A stretch of 46,611 nt of DNA from an uncultured Candidatus Bathyarchaeia archaeon (GCA_964450845.1 CAYVGZ010000005.1:1-46611), one strand, 5' to 3'. Counted from the first letter of the stretch, positions 9,547 through 18,466 are shown. Notes: generated by a model from the letters alone, not told the origin. Numbers and translations: made by a program.

Positions 9547-10522
9547 GCGGGCCCGAGTAGATTTAAATCCACGTTTAAATTCCCCATGTTAAGTAGCTTA
9601 AACATACAAGTTCAAGGGCATAAAAAAGGGTTCAAATAACTTTAGACGACCCAAAACTTCATTCGGTAAAACATAAATCTAATTCATTGAGGAATAAAAT
9701 AGCGGAGATATCTTGGGATAAAAAATGAGTGAGAAAAAAATCAAAGTCTTCGGGAAGGTAACTGATTTTGGAAAAAATCCACTGCAAGACGCTGTGGTTG
9801 AAATAAAAAGTGCTCATTTCGAGGCAATTTATAAAACTTATACAAATAGTGCTGGTGAATACGAAATTCTTGTGGAAAAGGGCTTGTATATGGCTTTAAT
9901 GGCATACAAAGACTATAAAACAAAGTATCTGGAGTATTGGGCTTGGAACGTTCCTGCACATCAGGACTTACAAATAGACCCACGTATTGGCGGACTAGAA
10001 GTATATGCGATGAATGCTTTTAGACCTCAAGGGGCATATCCATCGCTTTTTATTTATTTTCGCCCAATGAGTCTAAAAAGATGGCAGAAGTTTGAAAGCA
10101 GAAAAGCTGTCAAAAAAACTGAGGTTATCGATATCTCTCCTGATCTCTCAAAAGATTGTATTGAAGTAAAAATCAATAGGAACCCTGTTAAGATACTTGA
10201 ACTCAATCGAGTAAAAGAATATGCTGGCGAAATTGATTCCATAATCACTTATCTGGCTCAATTAACCATGCCTAAAAGGTCATTGATTGCTTACCTAATT
10301 AAAGCAGCTTTTCATATAAGAGGATCTGAAAGCAGAGGAAATTTGGGATATGCTCGTATTGATGTTACTATAAGAGACCCACAAACTGGAGAAAAAGGTG
10401 AGGGTTGTTTATTCTGGAAGAGTAACAGATACAAATAACTCTTTAATAGATACTCACAGAATGCTTACCTTTTTCAGTCAAGCGTTACTATCATCTTGGC
10501 GGGCCCGAGGGGATTTGAACCC
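9547..10522. mobile_element. Putative decayed mini-island at the tRNA-Arg 3' end, bounded by degenerate direct repeats
   Basis: 9547-9570 GCGGGCCCGAGTAGATTTAAATCC versus the tRNA 3' end at 10499-10522 GCGGGCCCGAGGGGATTTGAACCC: 20/24 identical, same orientation. No integrase is present. Confidence 0.5.
9725..10438 (+). CDS. Hypothetical protein with an N-terminal carboxypeptidase-regulatory-like beta-sandwich
   Basis: 237-aa ORF with VFGKVTD...PLQDAVVEI...TYTNSAGEYEILV.KGLY, a CarboxypepD_reg-like pattern. GGAGA RBS-like sequence upstream. Confidence 0.65.
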   Translation: MSEKKIKVFGKVTDFGKNPLQDAVVEIKSAHFEAIYKTYTNSAGEYEILVEKGLYMALMAYKDYKTKYLEYWAWNVPAHQDLQIDPRIGGLEVYAMNAFRPQGAYPSLFIYFRPMSLKRWQKFESRKAVKKTEVIDISPDLSKDCIEVKINRNPVKILELNRVKEYAGEIDSIITYLAQLTMPKRSLIAYLIKAAFHIRGSESRGNLGYARIDVTIRDPQTGEKGEGCLFWKSNRYK

Positions 10523-10611
10523 CTGTTCTCCGGCTTTCTTCCATCAACTGTCCGGAGGCTTGCGCATCTATATGTGATTCGGCGCCTTAATCCATACTGG
10601 GCTACGGGCCC
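10497..10611 (-). tRNA. tRNA-Arg(CCG) with two introns (29/30: 10560-10579; 37/38: 10536-10551) and encoded CCA
   Basis: Minus strand: GGGCCCG TA GCCC AGTATGGATTA AGGC G CCG[20-nt intron]GC CT CCG G[16-nt intron]A GCCGG AGAAC AGGGG TTCAAAT CCCCT CGGGCCC G CCA. Acceptor, anticodon and T stems pair, A20 (Arg identity element) is present, and both introns form BHB motifs. Confidence 0.93.
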
Positions 10612-10698
10612 ACACAAAATAGAATTAATTATCACTCCAATTAATTGTTACTGCATATCTCCCCACAATAGTCCAGTCCAAAGCACAATTCAACCTAT

Positions 10699-10715
10699 AA
10701 ATAGAGGGGCTATAA
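10699..10715 (-). repeat. Dispersed intergenic palindrome, copy 1 (TTATAGCCCCTCTATTT on the minus strand)
   Basis: Shares AGTTATAGCCCCTCTAT exactly with 46203-46219. Confidence 0.7.
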
Positions 10716-10749
10716 CTCCCCATTTAGCATTAGAGCAACTTAACACACG

Positions 10750-11265
10750 CTACGTTCCAACTAATTCCTCGTTTATCCACCAAGCCTTTTTCTTACCTGA
10801 TTTTTCTCCTGAATAATATTCTATTATGGATTTTCCAAGCTGCTTCCTCGATACTTTTTGCATTCTTCTCAGCCTATTCAGAACCAGCCACCTGTTTGTT
10901 TTCATGTATTCTGCCAGTTCTGGCGTTGTTGCGCCCTTATAGTGAATTAGGTAATCTATTATTTTGTGGTCCGTTTCGTCCATGCAAAACGTGTAGGGGT
11001 TTGTTTTCCCACGCTCATATGTAAGCAGTTCCAAGTTTGCAAGATATTTCCTAATTTCTGAAAACTCCCCTTCCATCTTGCCCATTCTCTGCTCTAACTC
11101 CAAAATTTTGTCCGGTTTAGGCGTTTTTTGCAATTTTTCCACTATAGCATCGCGGATAAAGCTACTTCTATCACCTTCTGGAACACGCAGAACCATTTCT
11201 TTGTAAACTTCTTCAGGTATTTTCACAGATACAGCTTTCACCCTTTCCACAAACGCGTCCCCCAC
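10750..11265 (-). CDS. Putative DNA-binding regulator: N-terminal ribbon-helix-helix, coiled coil, C-terminal winged HTH
   Basis: KAVSVKIPEEVYKEM...DRSSFIRDAIVEKL (RHH); heptad-rich linker; DHKIIDYLIHYKGATTPELAEYMKTNRWLVLNRLRRM (wHTH). Confidence 0.7.
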   Translation of the reverse strand: MGDAFVERVKAVSVKIPEEVYKEMVLRVPEGDRSSFIRDAIVEKLQKTPKPDKILELEQRMGKMEGEFSEIRKYLANLELLTYERGKTNPYTFCMDETDHKIIDYLIHYKGATTPELAEYMKTNRWLVLNRLRRMQKVSRKQLGKSIIEYYSGEKSGKKKAWWINEELVGT

Positions 11266-11381
11266 TACTCAAATTGTATAACTCTTATTATTTCACGGTT
11301 TCCTCACCAATTTTGCTTCGCAAGTTTTTTAAAAGCTACAGTCTAACTCTAAACCGAAGCCAAATTTAAAGTGATATATTT

Positions 11382-12503
11382 ATGCCAAAAAAAACCACGA
11401 TTTCCCTAATCAAATGCGACGTAGGCTCATTAGCAGGTCATCACATCGTTCCAAAACCTCTTTTAAAAATTGCCGAGCAAAATCTTAAAGGCGCAATGGA
11501 AAAGGACTTGATAAACAGCTATTATGTTTTCAACGTTGGAGACGACCTCGAACTCCTTATGGTACATGAAAAAGGTGAAGTAAACCCAGAAGTTCACAAA
11601 CTTGCTTGGGACACCTTTAAAGAAGCCGCAAACAAAGCCCTAGAACTGAAACTTTACGCCGCTGGACAGGACCTCTTAAAAACCGCCTTCAGCGGAAACA
11701 TTCGAGGCATGGGTCCAGGTATTGCAGAAATGGAAATAGAAGAAAGAGCCTCAGACCCAATAGTAATCTTCGGAGCTGACAAAACTTCAGGAGGATCCTT
11801 TAACTTTCCTCTCTTCCGCATCTTTGCTGACCCCATGAACACTGCAGGTCTCGTAATCGACCCACATATGATTGGAGGCTTCAAATTCGAGATTTTAGAT
11901 ACCATGGAAAACAAGAAAGTCACGCTCAAATGCCCAGAAGAAACATACGAACTAATCGCCTTAATCGGAACAGTGCAACGCTACATGATTTCTCGTCTTT
12001 GGCGAGCTAGAGACGACTTAATATGCGCCGTAGGTAGCGTCACTAGACTTTCGCAAATCGCGGGAAAATACATTGGAAAAGACGATCCAGTTATGATTAT
12101 ACGTGCACAACATGGATTACCAGCAGTAGGCGAAATTCTCGCACCTTTCATGCACAGCTATCTTGTCGAAGGATGGATGCGAGGAAGCCATTGGGGTCCA
12201 ATAATGCCAGTTGGCTTAAATGATGCTAAATGTACAGCGTTTGATGGCCCTCCAAGAATGGTTGCCTTAGGTTTTCAGGTGGCAAATGGTAAAATTGCAA
12301 GCGACGATGATGGAAAACCGATGATTGCAGACTTGTTTGATGATCCAGCCTTTGCTCTAGCTAGGCATGAAGCCTTGGAAAACGCTTCTATGCTCAGGCG
12401 CATGGGCGAATTTGAACCAGCCCGCCTAGGTCCTCAAGAGATGGAATACACGACCCTACAGCAGATTCTAGATAAACTTAAGGAACGCTTTAAGCCAGCT
12501 TAA
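11382..12503 (+). CDS. fbp: Fructose-1,6-bisphosphate aldolase/phosphatase (class V FBPase)
   Basis: KCDVGSLAGH, GDD, YAAGQDLL..FSGNIRGMGPG, ADKT, YIGKDDP, GWMRGSH.GP, EYTT. Confidence 0.96.
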   Translation: MPKKTTISLIKCDVGSLAGHHIVPKPLLKIAEQNLKGAMEKDLINSYYVFNVGDDLELLMVHEKGEVNPEVHKLAWDTFKEAANKALELKLYAAGQDLLKTAFSGNIRGMGPGIAEMEIEERASDPIVIFGADKTSGGSFNFPLFRIFADPMNTAGLVIDPHMIGGFKFEILDTMENKKVTLKCPEETYELIALIGTVQRYMISRLWRARDDLICAVGSVTRLSQIAGKYIGKDDPVMIIRAQHGLPAVGEILAPFMHSYLVEGWMRGSHWGPIMPVGLNDAKCTAFDGPPRMVALGFQVANGKIASDDDGKPMIADLFDDPAFALARHEALENASMLRRMGEFEPARLGPQEMEYTTLQQILDKLKERFKPA

Positions 12504-12514
12504 AGTCGATTGGA

Positions 12515-13078
12515 TTATCCCGATGATTCTTCATGCTTCCTTATTTTCGCTAGCTCTTCGCATCGATTTTTCACAATTTCGTAAAGTTTCTTGCGCAGCT
12601 CCTCTCCCAAAACTTTCTGTTCCCTTATGAGCAACATTTTCCTCGCCAACTCGATATCACCTAATCCCATAAACCACGCTTCAAAATCTCCGCGATTTGT
12701 ATGAAATTCCACTGAGCTTTTATCAATTTTCAAGATTTTGTCACAGAAATCTTGAAGACTCGCTACATGAATGTTTAAGGGTTTTCCGATGTCAACGTAA
12801 AAGTGAAATGATTTTTCTAATGGTAGATAGGCTAAAATTTCGTTTGCTTTTTCTTTGTTTATTTCTGGAAAACCAAGAGTTTTCTTACCCTTCTCTGTTA
12901 TGGCATAATATCCTTTTTGACGTTGCTCTAAATATCCCATGCGATTGAGCCCAATTATGTGCATCATAACCGTTGGAAACCCCAATCGGGTTTCCTTAGC
13001 TATATCTGCAGCCTTTGCAGGCTTATCAAGCATCCACATAGTTTCAAGAATTAACCTTTTAACTGGTGATGTACTCAT
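12515..13078 (-). CDS. wHTH domain fused to a DUF5752-like domain
   Basis: N-terminal ILETMW..DKPAKAADIAKE...MMHIIGLNRMGYLE...YYAITEKG (wHTH); C-terminal FHFY.DIG......ASLQDF...SVEFH..RGDFEAW (DUF5752-like). Confidence 0.65.
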   Translation of the reverse strand: MSTSPVKRLILETMWMLDKPAKAADIAKETRLGFPTVMMHIIGLNRMGYLEQRQKGYYAITEKGKKTLGFPEINKEKANEILAYLPLEKSFHFYVDIGKPLNIHVASLQDFCDKILKIDKSSVEFHTNRGDFEAWFMGLGDIELARKMLLIREQKVLGEELRKKLYEIVKNRCEELAKIRKHEESSG

Positions 13079-13259
13079 CTTATTGCACTCCCTTATATTT
13101 TATTATATGTTATTAATATGTTTTTTAGATTTACCCATTTGTGGTTAGGCTGAAAATCATAGACTTAGAAATATACATGCAGATTTGTGGATAACGCTTT
13201 AATCAAGTGCATTATAATAACATAAAAGCAGTGAAACCAGCAATAAAAGAGGAAAGCGG

Positions 13260-13895
13260 TTGACCGAATGGAACCAAATACTGCAGGAAAAACGGTACAG
13301 CCAAGAAGAACCCGACGAACTAGTTGTTAGCTTTGTTGACTTCTTAAAAAAGAAGAACAAAAAAGCACGCGTTCTCGATCTTGGATTTGGCGCAGGAAGA
13401 AATCTGATATACATAGCAAGTCAAAGATTCACAGTTCATGGATTAGAAATATCCGATACTGGTATAAACTGCACCAAAGAAAGACTCAAAAAGCGAAATC
13501 TGAAAGCTTATGTTGCAAAGGGCGACATGCATTCATTACCTTACGTTAGCTCTTGCTTTGATGCAGCTATATGCCTTTTCACTATTTATCATCAAGAGCT
13601 TGAAGGAATTCAAAAAACGATTTTCGAAATCCATCGAGTACTAAAGAAGGATGGCATTCTCCTTACAAACTTCCATTCAAAGAGAAGCGGTATGTATGGG
13701 AAAGGAGTAAAAGCTGAAAAAGACACTTTCATCCGACAAAATGGCGCAGAAAAAGGAGTTGCCCACCACTTCACTGATGAAGAAGAAATAATGAAACTTC
13801 TGAAAGACTTCAAAAACGTCAATATAGAACTCAGAGAGCAAAAATCGGCAAATGGATATCTCCAAAGCCGCTTCATAATCACAGCAACCACATAA
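13260..13895 (+). CDS. Class I SAM-dependent methyltransferase
   Basis: RVLDLGFGAGRN motif I, GLEIS, GDMHSLPY, FDAAI, EIHRVLKKDG. Confidence 0.9.
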   Translation: MTEWNQILQEKRYSQEEPDELVVSFVDFLKKKNKKARVLDLGFGAGRNLIYIASQRFTVHGLEISDTGINCTKERLKKRNLKAYVAKGDMHSLPYVSSCFDAAICLFTIYHQELEGIQKTIFEIHRVLKKDGILLTNFHSKRSGMYGKGVKAEKDTFIRQNGAEKGVAHHFTDEEEIMKLLKDFKNVNIELREQKSANGYLQSRFIITATT

Positions 13896-13991
13896 GTAAC
13901 GTGGTTAATAACAGGCGATTGAAGAGTTTAAGAAACGTAAATAAGCAATGTTTTAGTAGCAATAAAGCATTATTGGAGCAAACAAGAGACG

Positions 13992-15254
13992 GTGAAGAAA
14001 TCAATGAAGATGGCTGTGCTGGTTTACGAATATCCGCCAAAAATTGTAGGTGGCTTAGGAACTTATGCCGCTGAAATCACACGCAAGTTTGTTTTGATGG
14101 ATAATGACGTCACGGTTTTCACGATGAATGATGATAATGGCAGCCTTCCGACACGGGAAATTTGGAGAGGAATAGAAATTCACAGACCATTACACATTGA
14201 CATTTCTGATTCATTGCCAGATGTGATTGCTGAAGACATTAGAAAATGGGGCAGAGGCATCCACTTGTTCTCTAAAATCCTTATCTACAATTACCTAAGT
14301 GCTTCGAAACTCGTAAACGAACTAATCAAAAAAGAAGGTTTCAAATATGACATAATAGTTGCGCATGATTGGCTATCTGCAATAAGCGGAATAACCATCA
14401 AAAAAGAGGTCGGATTGCCCTTCGCGTTTCACGTGCACTCCACAGAGAAAGGAAGAACTCTTGGAAATGGCTCTGAAGTCGTGAGCAACATTGAGCTCCA
14501 CGCTGCCAAAGCAGCAGACTTAATCGTAACTGTATCCTACGCCATGAAAGATGAACTCATAAAACTCGGCTTTCCTCAAGAAAAAATCCAAGTATGCTAC
14601 AACGGCGTTGACCCACAAAAATACAATCCAGAGACGGCAAATGCTGAGCAGATAAGAAAGATAAGGGTTTCTTATGGTGTAAAAGACGATGAGCTTATGA
14701 TTCTTTACCTTGGAAGACTTGTCGGCGTTAAAGGTGTTGACAGACTAATAATGGCAATGCCGCATGTTTTACAGAAAACACCAAAAGCAAAACTTGTAAT
14801 TGTGGGTTTAGGTGACTTGCAGGATTATCTGGTAAACTTGGTTAAAACCATGAGACTGCAAGATTCTGTAAAATTAAACTTCGCATTTATTTCAGAGGAG
14901 GAACGTATTCTTCACTACGCCGCATGTGATGCCGCAGTTTTCCCAAGCCTCTACGAGCCCTTCGGAATAGTTGTTCTCGAAGCAATGAGCATGGAACGCC
15001 CAGTTATTGTTGGCGCAGCAGGTGTTAGTGGAATGCGGGAGATAGTTATTTGCTGCGGTGAGGAGCAGTGCGGCTTCCACATAAATCCAGATAATCCATC
15101 AGACATTGCATGGGGGATAAATAGCGCCCTTGAGAGCCCTGAAAAAAGAAAATGGCTTGGGAAGAATGGTAGACGTAGAGTCTTAGAAGAGTTTACATGG
15201 GATAAGATAGCTGAAAAAACCATAGAACTATACGAACAAATAGTGAAATGTTAA
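13992..15254 (+). CDS. GT4 glycosyltransferase (glycogen-synthase-like GT-B fold)
   Basis: EYPPKIVGGLGTY, AHDWLS, HVHSTE.GR, NGVD, YLGRLVGVKG, FPSLYEPFGIVVLEAM. Confidence 0.92.
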   Translation: MKKSMKMAVLVYEYPPKIVGGLGTYAAEITRKFVLMDNDVTVFTMNDDNGSLPTREIWRGIEIHRPLHIDISDSLPDVIAEDIRKWGRGIHLFSKILIYNYLSASKLVNELIKKEGFKYDIIVAHDWLSAISGITIKKEVGLPFAFHVHSTEKGRTLGNGSEVVSNIELHAAKAADLIVTVSYAMKDELIKLGFPQEKIQVCYNGVDPQKYNPETANAEQIRKIRVSYGVKDDELMILYLGRLVGVKGVDRLIMAMPHVLQKTPKAKLVIVGLGDLQDYLVNLVKTMRLQDSVKLNFAFISEEERILHYAACDAAVFPSLYEPFGIVVLEAMSMERPVIVGAAGVSGMREIVICCGEEQCGFHINPDNPSDIAWGINSALESPEKRKWLGKNGRRRVLEEFTWDKIAEKTIELYEQIVKC

Positions 15255-15288
15255 GTGTTGTTATAATCTAAATTTTATTGGTGAACGT

Positions 15289-15906
15289 TTGAACGTTGAT
15301 TCTCTAGGATTAAGAAAGAGAATTGCGAGGGAAGCCGCCAGTCTTCTCTACTTTGGTGTTGAAAAAGAGTATAAACAGGCAAAGCTTAAAGCTGCAAAAA
15401 TAGTTAAGTCCAAGTTTCTTCCGTCAAATTTTGAAGTTGCGTTGGAACTTGACAAAATAGCAGAGGAAAACGAAGGTTCAGTTAGAAAGGATCGTTTAAT
15501 TCAAATGCGTAAGGAAGCCTTAAAGCTGATGCAAATTCTCAAAGCATACAAGCCTATTCTAATTGGAAGCGTGTGGCGTGGCACAATATATTATGACAGT
15601 GATGTGGACATAGTTGTATATCACGATGAGCCTGAAGATGTTTTAAAAATCCTGAAGCAAAATGATCTCAAAATAATGCAGACTGAATGGGTCACTGTGA
15701 CAAAGAAAGGAAAAAGGCACGGTTCTTTTCACATATATGCTGAATTGCCCTCCAAAGAAAAGGCTGAAATCAAAGTTATCCAAAGCTTAGAAGCCTCTAA
15801 GAAAGAAAAATGCGAGATATATGGAGACGAAATTACCGGTCTTTCTGCGCGAAAGTTAAAAAAGTTGCTTAAAGAAAACCCGGCACAACGGTTTGTTCCT
15901 TCCTAA
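15289..15906 (+). CDS. Pol beta-superfamily nucleotidyltransferase domain protein
   Basis: IGSVWRG...DSDVDI (GS and DxD motifs), plus an N-terminal helical IAREAA..LY...EYKQAKLKAA segment. Confidence 0.8.
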   Translation: MNVDSLGLRKRIAREAASLLYFGVEKEYKQAKLKAAKIVKSKFLPSNFEVALELDKIAEENEGSVRKDRLIQMRKEALKLMQILKAYKPILIGSVWRGTIYYDSDVDIVVYHDEPEDVLKILKQNDLKIMQTEWVTVTKKGKRHGSFHIYAELPSKEKAEIKVIQSLEASKKEKCEIYGDEITGLSARKLKKLLKENPAQRFVPS

Positions 15907-16004
15907 ACTATTGGTTTGTCTCTTAATTTTGAAGACACTTAAATATCGGCTTTTCCATTAAATGAAGTAAGGATGCATTGCTACTACAGTTGAAGGTGCT
16001 AAAC

Positions 16005-16349
16005 TTGGGATTTGACAAAGAGTCCTTCAAAAAAATGTTTCCAAACCTAGCTAAAGAGTTAGAATCCGACGAGAATAAAGTTTCAGTAAACTCTGTGCGA
16101 ACAGATGTGCAAACTGGAGAAGGCGCAACCTCTGAAAAATTTGTCCATTACATGCCTGACGTAATAGACTTTATCCGCAGATGCGACACAGAGGAACAAG
16201 CAGAAGAAATAATAGCTTACATGGAGAAAAGAGGCGAAATAGAAAAGCAATATGCTGAAAGGCTTAGAAAACAACTTAAAGACAGAGGGGTAAGAAGCTT
16301 CGGACCTGAGAAGGAAGAAAACTATTATCTTAAACATGGCCAGTTGTGA
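16005..16349 (+). CDS. DUF2095-like archaeal protein
   Basis: FKKMFPNLAKEL...PDVIDFIRRC.TEEQAEEII.YMEKRGEI...GVRSFG..KE..YY. TTG at 16005 follows an AGGTG RBS. Confidence 0.75.
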   Translation: MGFDKESFKKMFPNLAKELESDENKVSVNSVRTDVQTGEGATSEKFVHYMPDVIDFIRRCDTEEQAEEIIAYMEKRGEIEKQYAERLRKQLKDRGVRSFGPEKEENYYLKHGQL

Positions 16350-16675
16350 ACTTTTCGCCTAGATTTGTTCTGGTAGGATTTTGTCCAACAGATAATTCGC
16401 ATATTTCAGCTTATACATTTTTACCTTCTTAATTACATGTGAATACAAAATTAAATCGGCTAATTGCCTTTGAACAGGGTCATAGAAGAGTGTTAAGTCT
16501 CCTACGGTCGTAATTTGGTGTGATTATATCCTATTAATTATTTAAACTGGGCTCTTCTTTGACGGGAACGGGTAAGTATATACGTAACCAAGATAGTGTG
16601 ATTCTAAAAGTAAATAAATGTGCTCATCAATAAATAGAGAGCCTGAAAATTTGGAAACTAAGCGGAGGAGCCCAA

Positions 16676-18406
16676 ATGAAAAAAACAGCTCTATTAATTA
16701 CAATGGCAAGTGTTGCTATCATAATTCTTCTTTCAATCTCGTCTAACATAAAAACCGTCCAAGCACAAAACAGTGGAAATTATACTATAGATCATGTGAA
16801 CCATGAAATAGAGATTTTGTACAATGGCTATATTTTCATAAATGACACCATGCAAATAACAGGAAACGCATCCGACGGTTTTCTCATGGGTTTTCCATAC
16901 AAGTATGCTCCACATATTCTTCAATGTGTAGCTTATAATTCATCAAGCATTTTTCAAGTTACTCTCGATGTACCTTTGGAAAACCATGTTGGATTTTATG
17001 GGGTAAAGATTGATTTTCCGCAAGAAACTCCGCAATTATTTACTGTTGGATTTATACTCTCAAATGACCTTCTCACACAAGACACTTCAAATACAAGTCG
17101 CTACACCTTAGACTTTCCGGCATATCCAAGTTTAACGAAAACAGCAACTGTGTGCAAAGTCTCAATCGGTTTGCCAACAGGCGCAACGTATATAAGCGGA
17201 ACAGTTAATGCAACCAGTTATTCGAAAGAAAACTTGCCGGAATTTACCTATTCACCCGCAAACATAACCTTCCTATCAACTGATGACGAAATACAGATGT
17301 TTGATGTAAAAGAGCTAGAAAGCGAGGTTAGAATAAGCGGAATAGGCGAAGTAGAAGGTTCAGACAGTTACTACATAGAAAGTAAATCAGTTGCAGATGT
17401 TTCCGCCATCGAAATAAATTTACCTCCAAACGCTTTCGATCCAAGTGCTCAAGATCAGTTTGGGAGAAAAATGTCGCAACCTGTGCAGACAGATGAGGAA
17501 ACGAACCGTTACAAGATTAGTTTTGCCTCACCGTTGGAAAGCTACAGATCCACTAGGTTTACTGTAAAATACAAGTTTCCCAGCAACTACACTACGCAGA
17601 TGGGAACAAACAACTTCAATATTACATTTCCATTGTTTCAAAATTTGAATTATTACATCGAGTGGGCCTCAGTAACTTTTGTTTTGCCAGAGGGTGCAAG
17701 AATAGCAAGTTTCGAAACCACTTTAATCGGTAGTGCATACAATATTGCGAGGGGCGTTTTCCAAGAAGCAGTAACCATGAATAGGAGAAGCATCAGTTTA
17801 TTGGAAAATGGTCTTCCTTCAGAGAATGTTTTGCAGATCGTTTATGAGTATAATCCATTATGGCTATCTTTCCGTCCTACGTTGTGGATGTGGGCTTTGG
17901 CAATTGTTGGGTGTGCGGTTGCTATTGTTTGGAAAAGACCTGAGGCTCCTGTAGGAGTTGCTGTGTCTGCAGTAGCTATGAAGCTTCGTCCGGAATATAT
18001 TAGGTCTTTTGTAGAAGCATACGAGGAGAAAAGAAAAACAACTTTTGAAATTGAATCACTTGAAAATAGAGTTCGTAAAGGGAAGATTCCAAGGCGTCGG
18101 TATAAGGTGCAGAGAAAAACCTTAGAAACACGTCTTACCACCTTGTCCAGAAACTTGACAGAGTCCAAAGAGAAGATGCATGCGGCAGGGGGTCAATATG
18201 CCGAACTAATGCAACAACTTGAAATCGCAGAAACCGAAATCAACGAAGTTGAAGCCAACATGAAAAGCATTGAGTCTCGTCACAGCCGGGGCGAGCTTTC
18301 ATTAGAAGCCTATCGAAAGCTTTTGTCAGATTATCAGCGCAGAAAAGAGAGGGCTAATACAACAATTGACGGAATCCTCTTAAGACTTCGTGAAGAAATC
18401 CATTAA
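16676..18406 (+). CDS. Ribophorin I (RPN1/Ost1)-like type I membrane protein
   Basis: Signal peptide, two similar beta-rich extracellular domains with many NxS/T sequons, one TM helix (about residues 395-420) and a cytoplasmic helical tail resembling the RPN1 C terminus. Confidence 0.6.
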   Translation: MKKTALLITMASVAIIILLSISSNIKTVQAQNSGNYTIDHVNHEIEILYNGYIFINDTMQITGNASDGFLMGFPYKYAPHILQCVAYNSSSIFQVTLDVPLENHVGFYGVKIDFPQETPQLFTVGFILSNDLLTQDTSNTSRYTLDFPAYPSLTKTATVCKVSIGLPTGATYISGTVNATSYSKENLPEFTYSPANITFLSTDDEIQMFDVKELESEVRISGIGEVEGSDSYYIESKSVADVSAIEINLPPNAFDPSAQDQFGRKMSQPVQTDEETNRYKISFASPLESYRSTRFTVKYKFPSNYTTQMGTNNFNITFPLFQNLNYYIEWASVTFVLPEGARIASFETTLIGSAYNIARGVFQEAVTMNRRSISLLENGLPSENVLQIVYEYNPLWLSFRPTLWMWALAIVGCAVAIVWKRPEAPVGVAVSAVAMKLRPEYIRSFVEAYEEKRKTTFEIESLENRVRKGKIPRRRYKVQRKTLETRLTTLSRNLTESKEKMHAAGGQYAELMQQLEIAETEINEVEANMKSIESRHSRGELSLEAYRKLLSDYQRRKERANTTIDGILLRLREEIH

Positions 18407-18466
18407 TGAGCCTAAAAGCTTTTATTCTACTGCTTAAATTTCAATGAAACTCTAGTTAGAGAAGGA

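Noticed and set aside
10496-10816. 106-aa plus-strand ORF starting MAGPRGFEP
   Set aside because: It is the antisense reading of the tRNA-Arg gene; GPRGFEP is the typical translation of a reversed T-arm.
13186-13194. Bacterial DnaA box / replication origin interpretation
   Set aside because: Archaeal context, only two isolated copies, and no cdc6/orc1 or clustered ORBs in the window.
16359-16523. Open minus-strand frame ITTVGDLTLFYDPVQRQLADLILYSHVIKKVKMYKLKYANYLLDKILPEQI*
   Set aside because: No start codon before an upstream TAA and no recognisable motif. It could be a remnant but cannot be supported.
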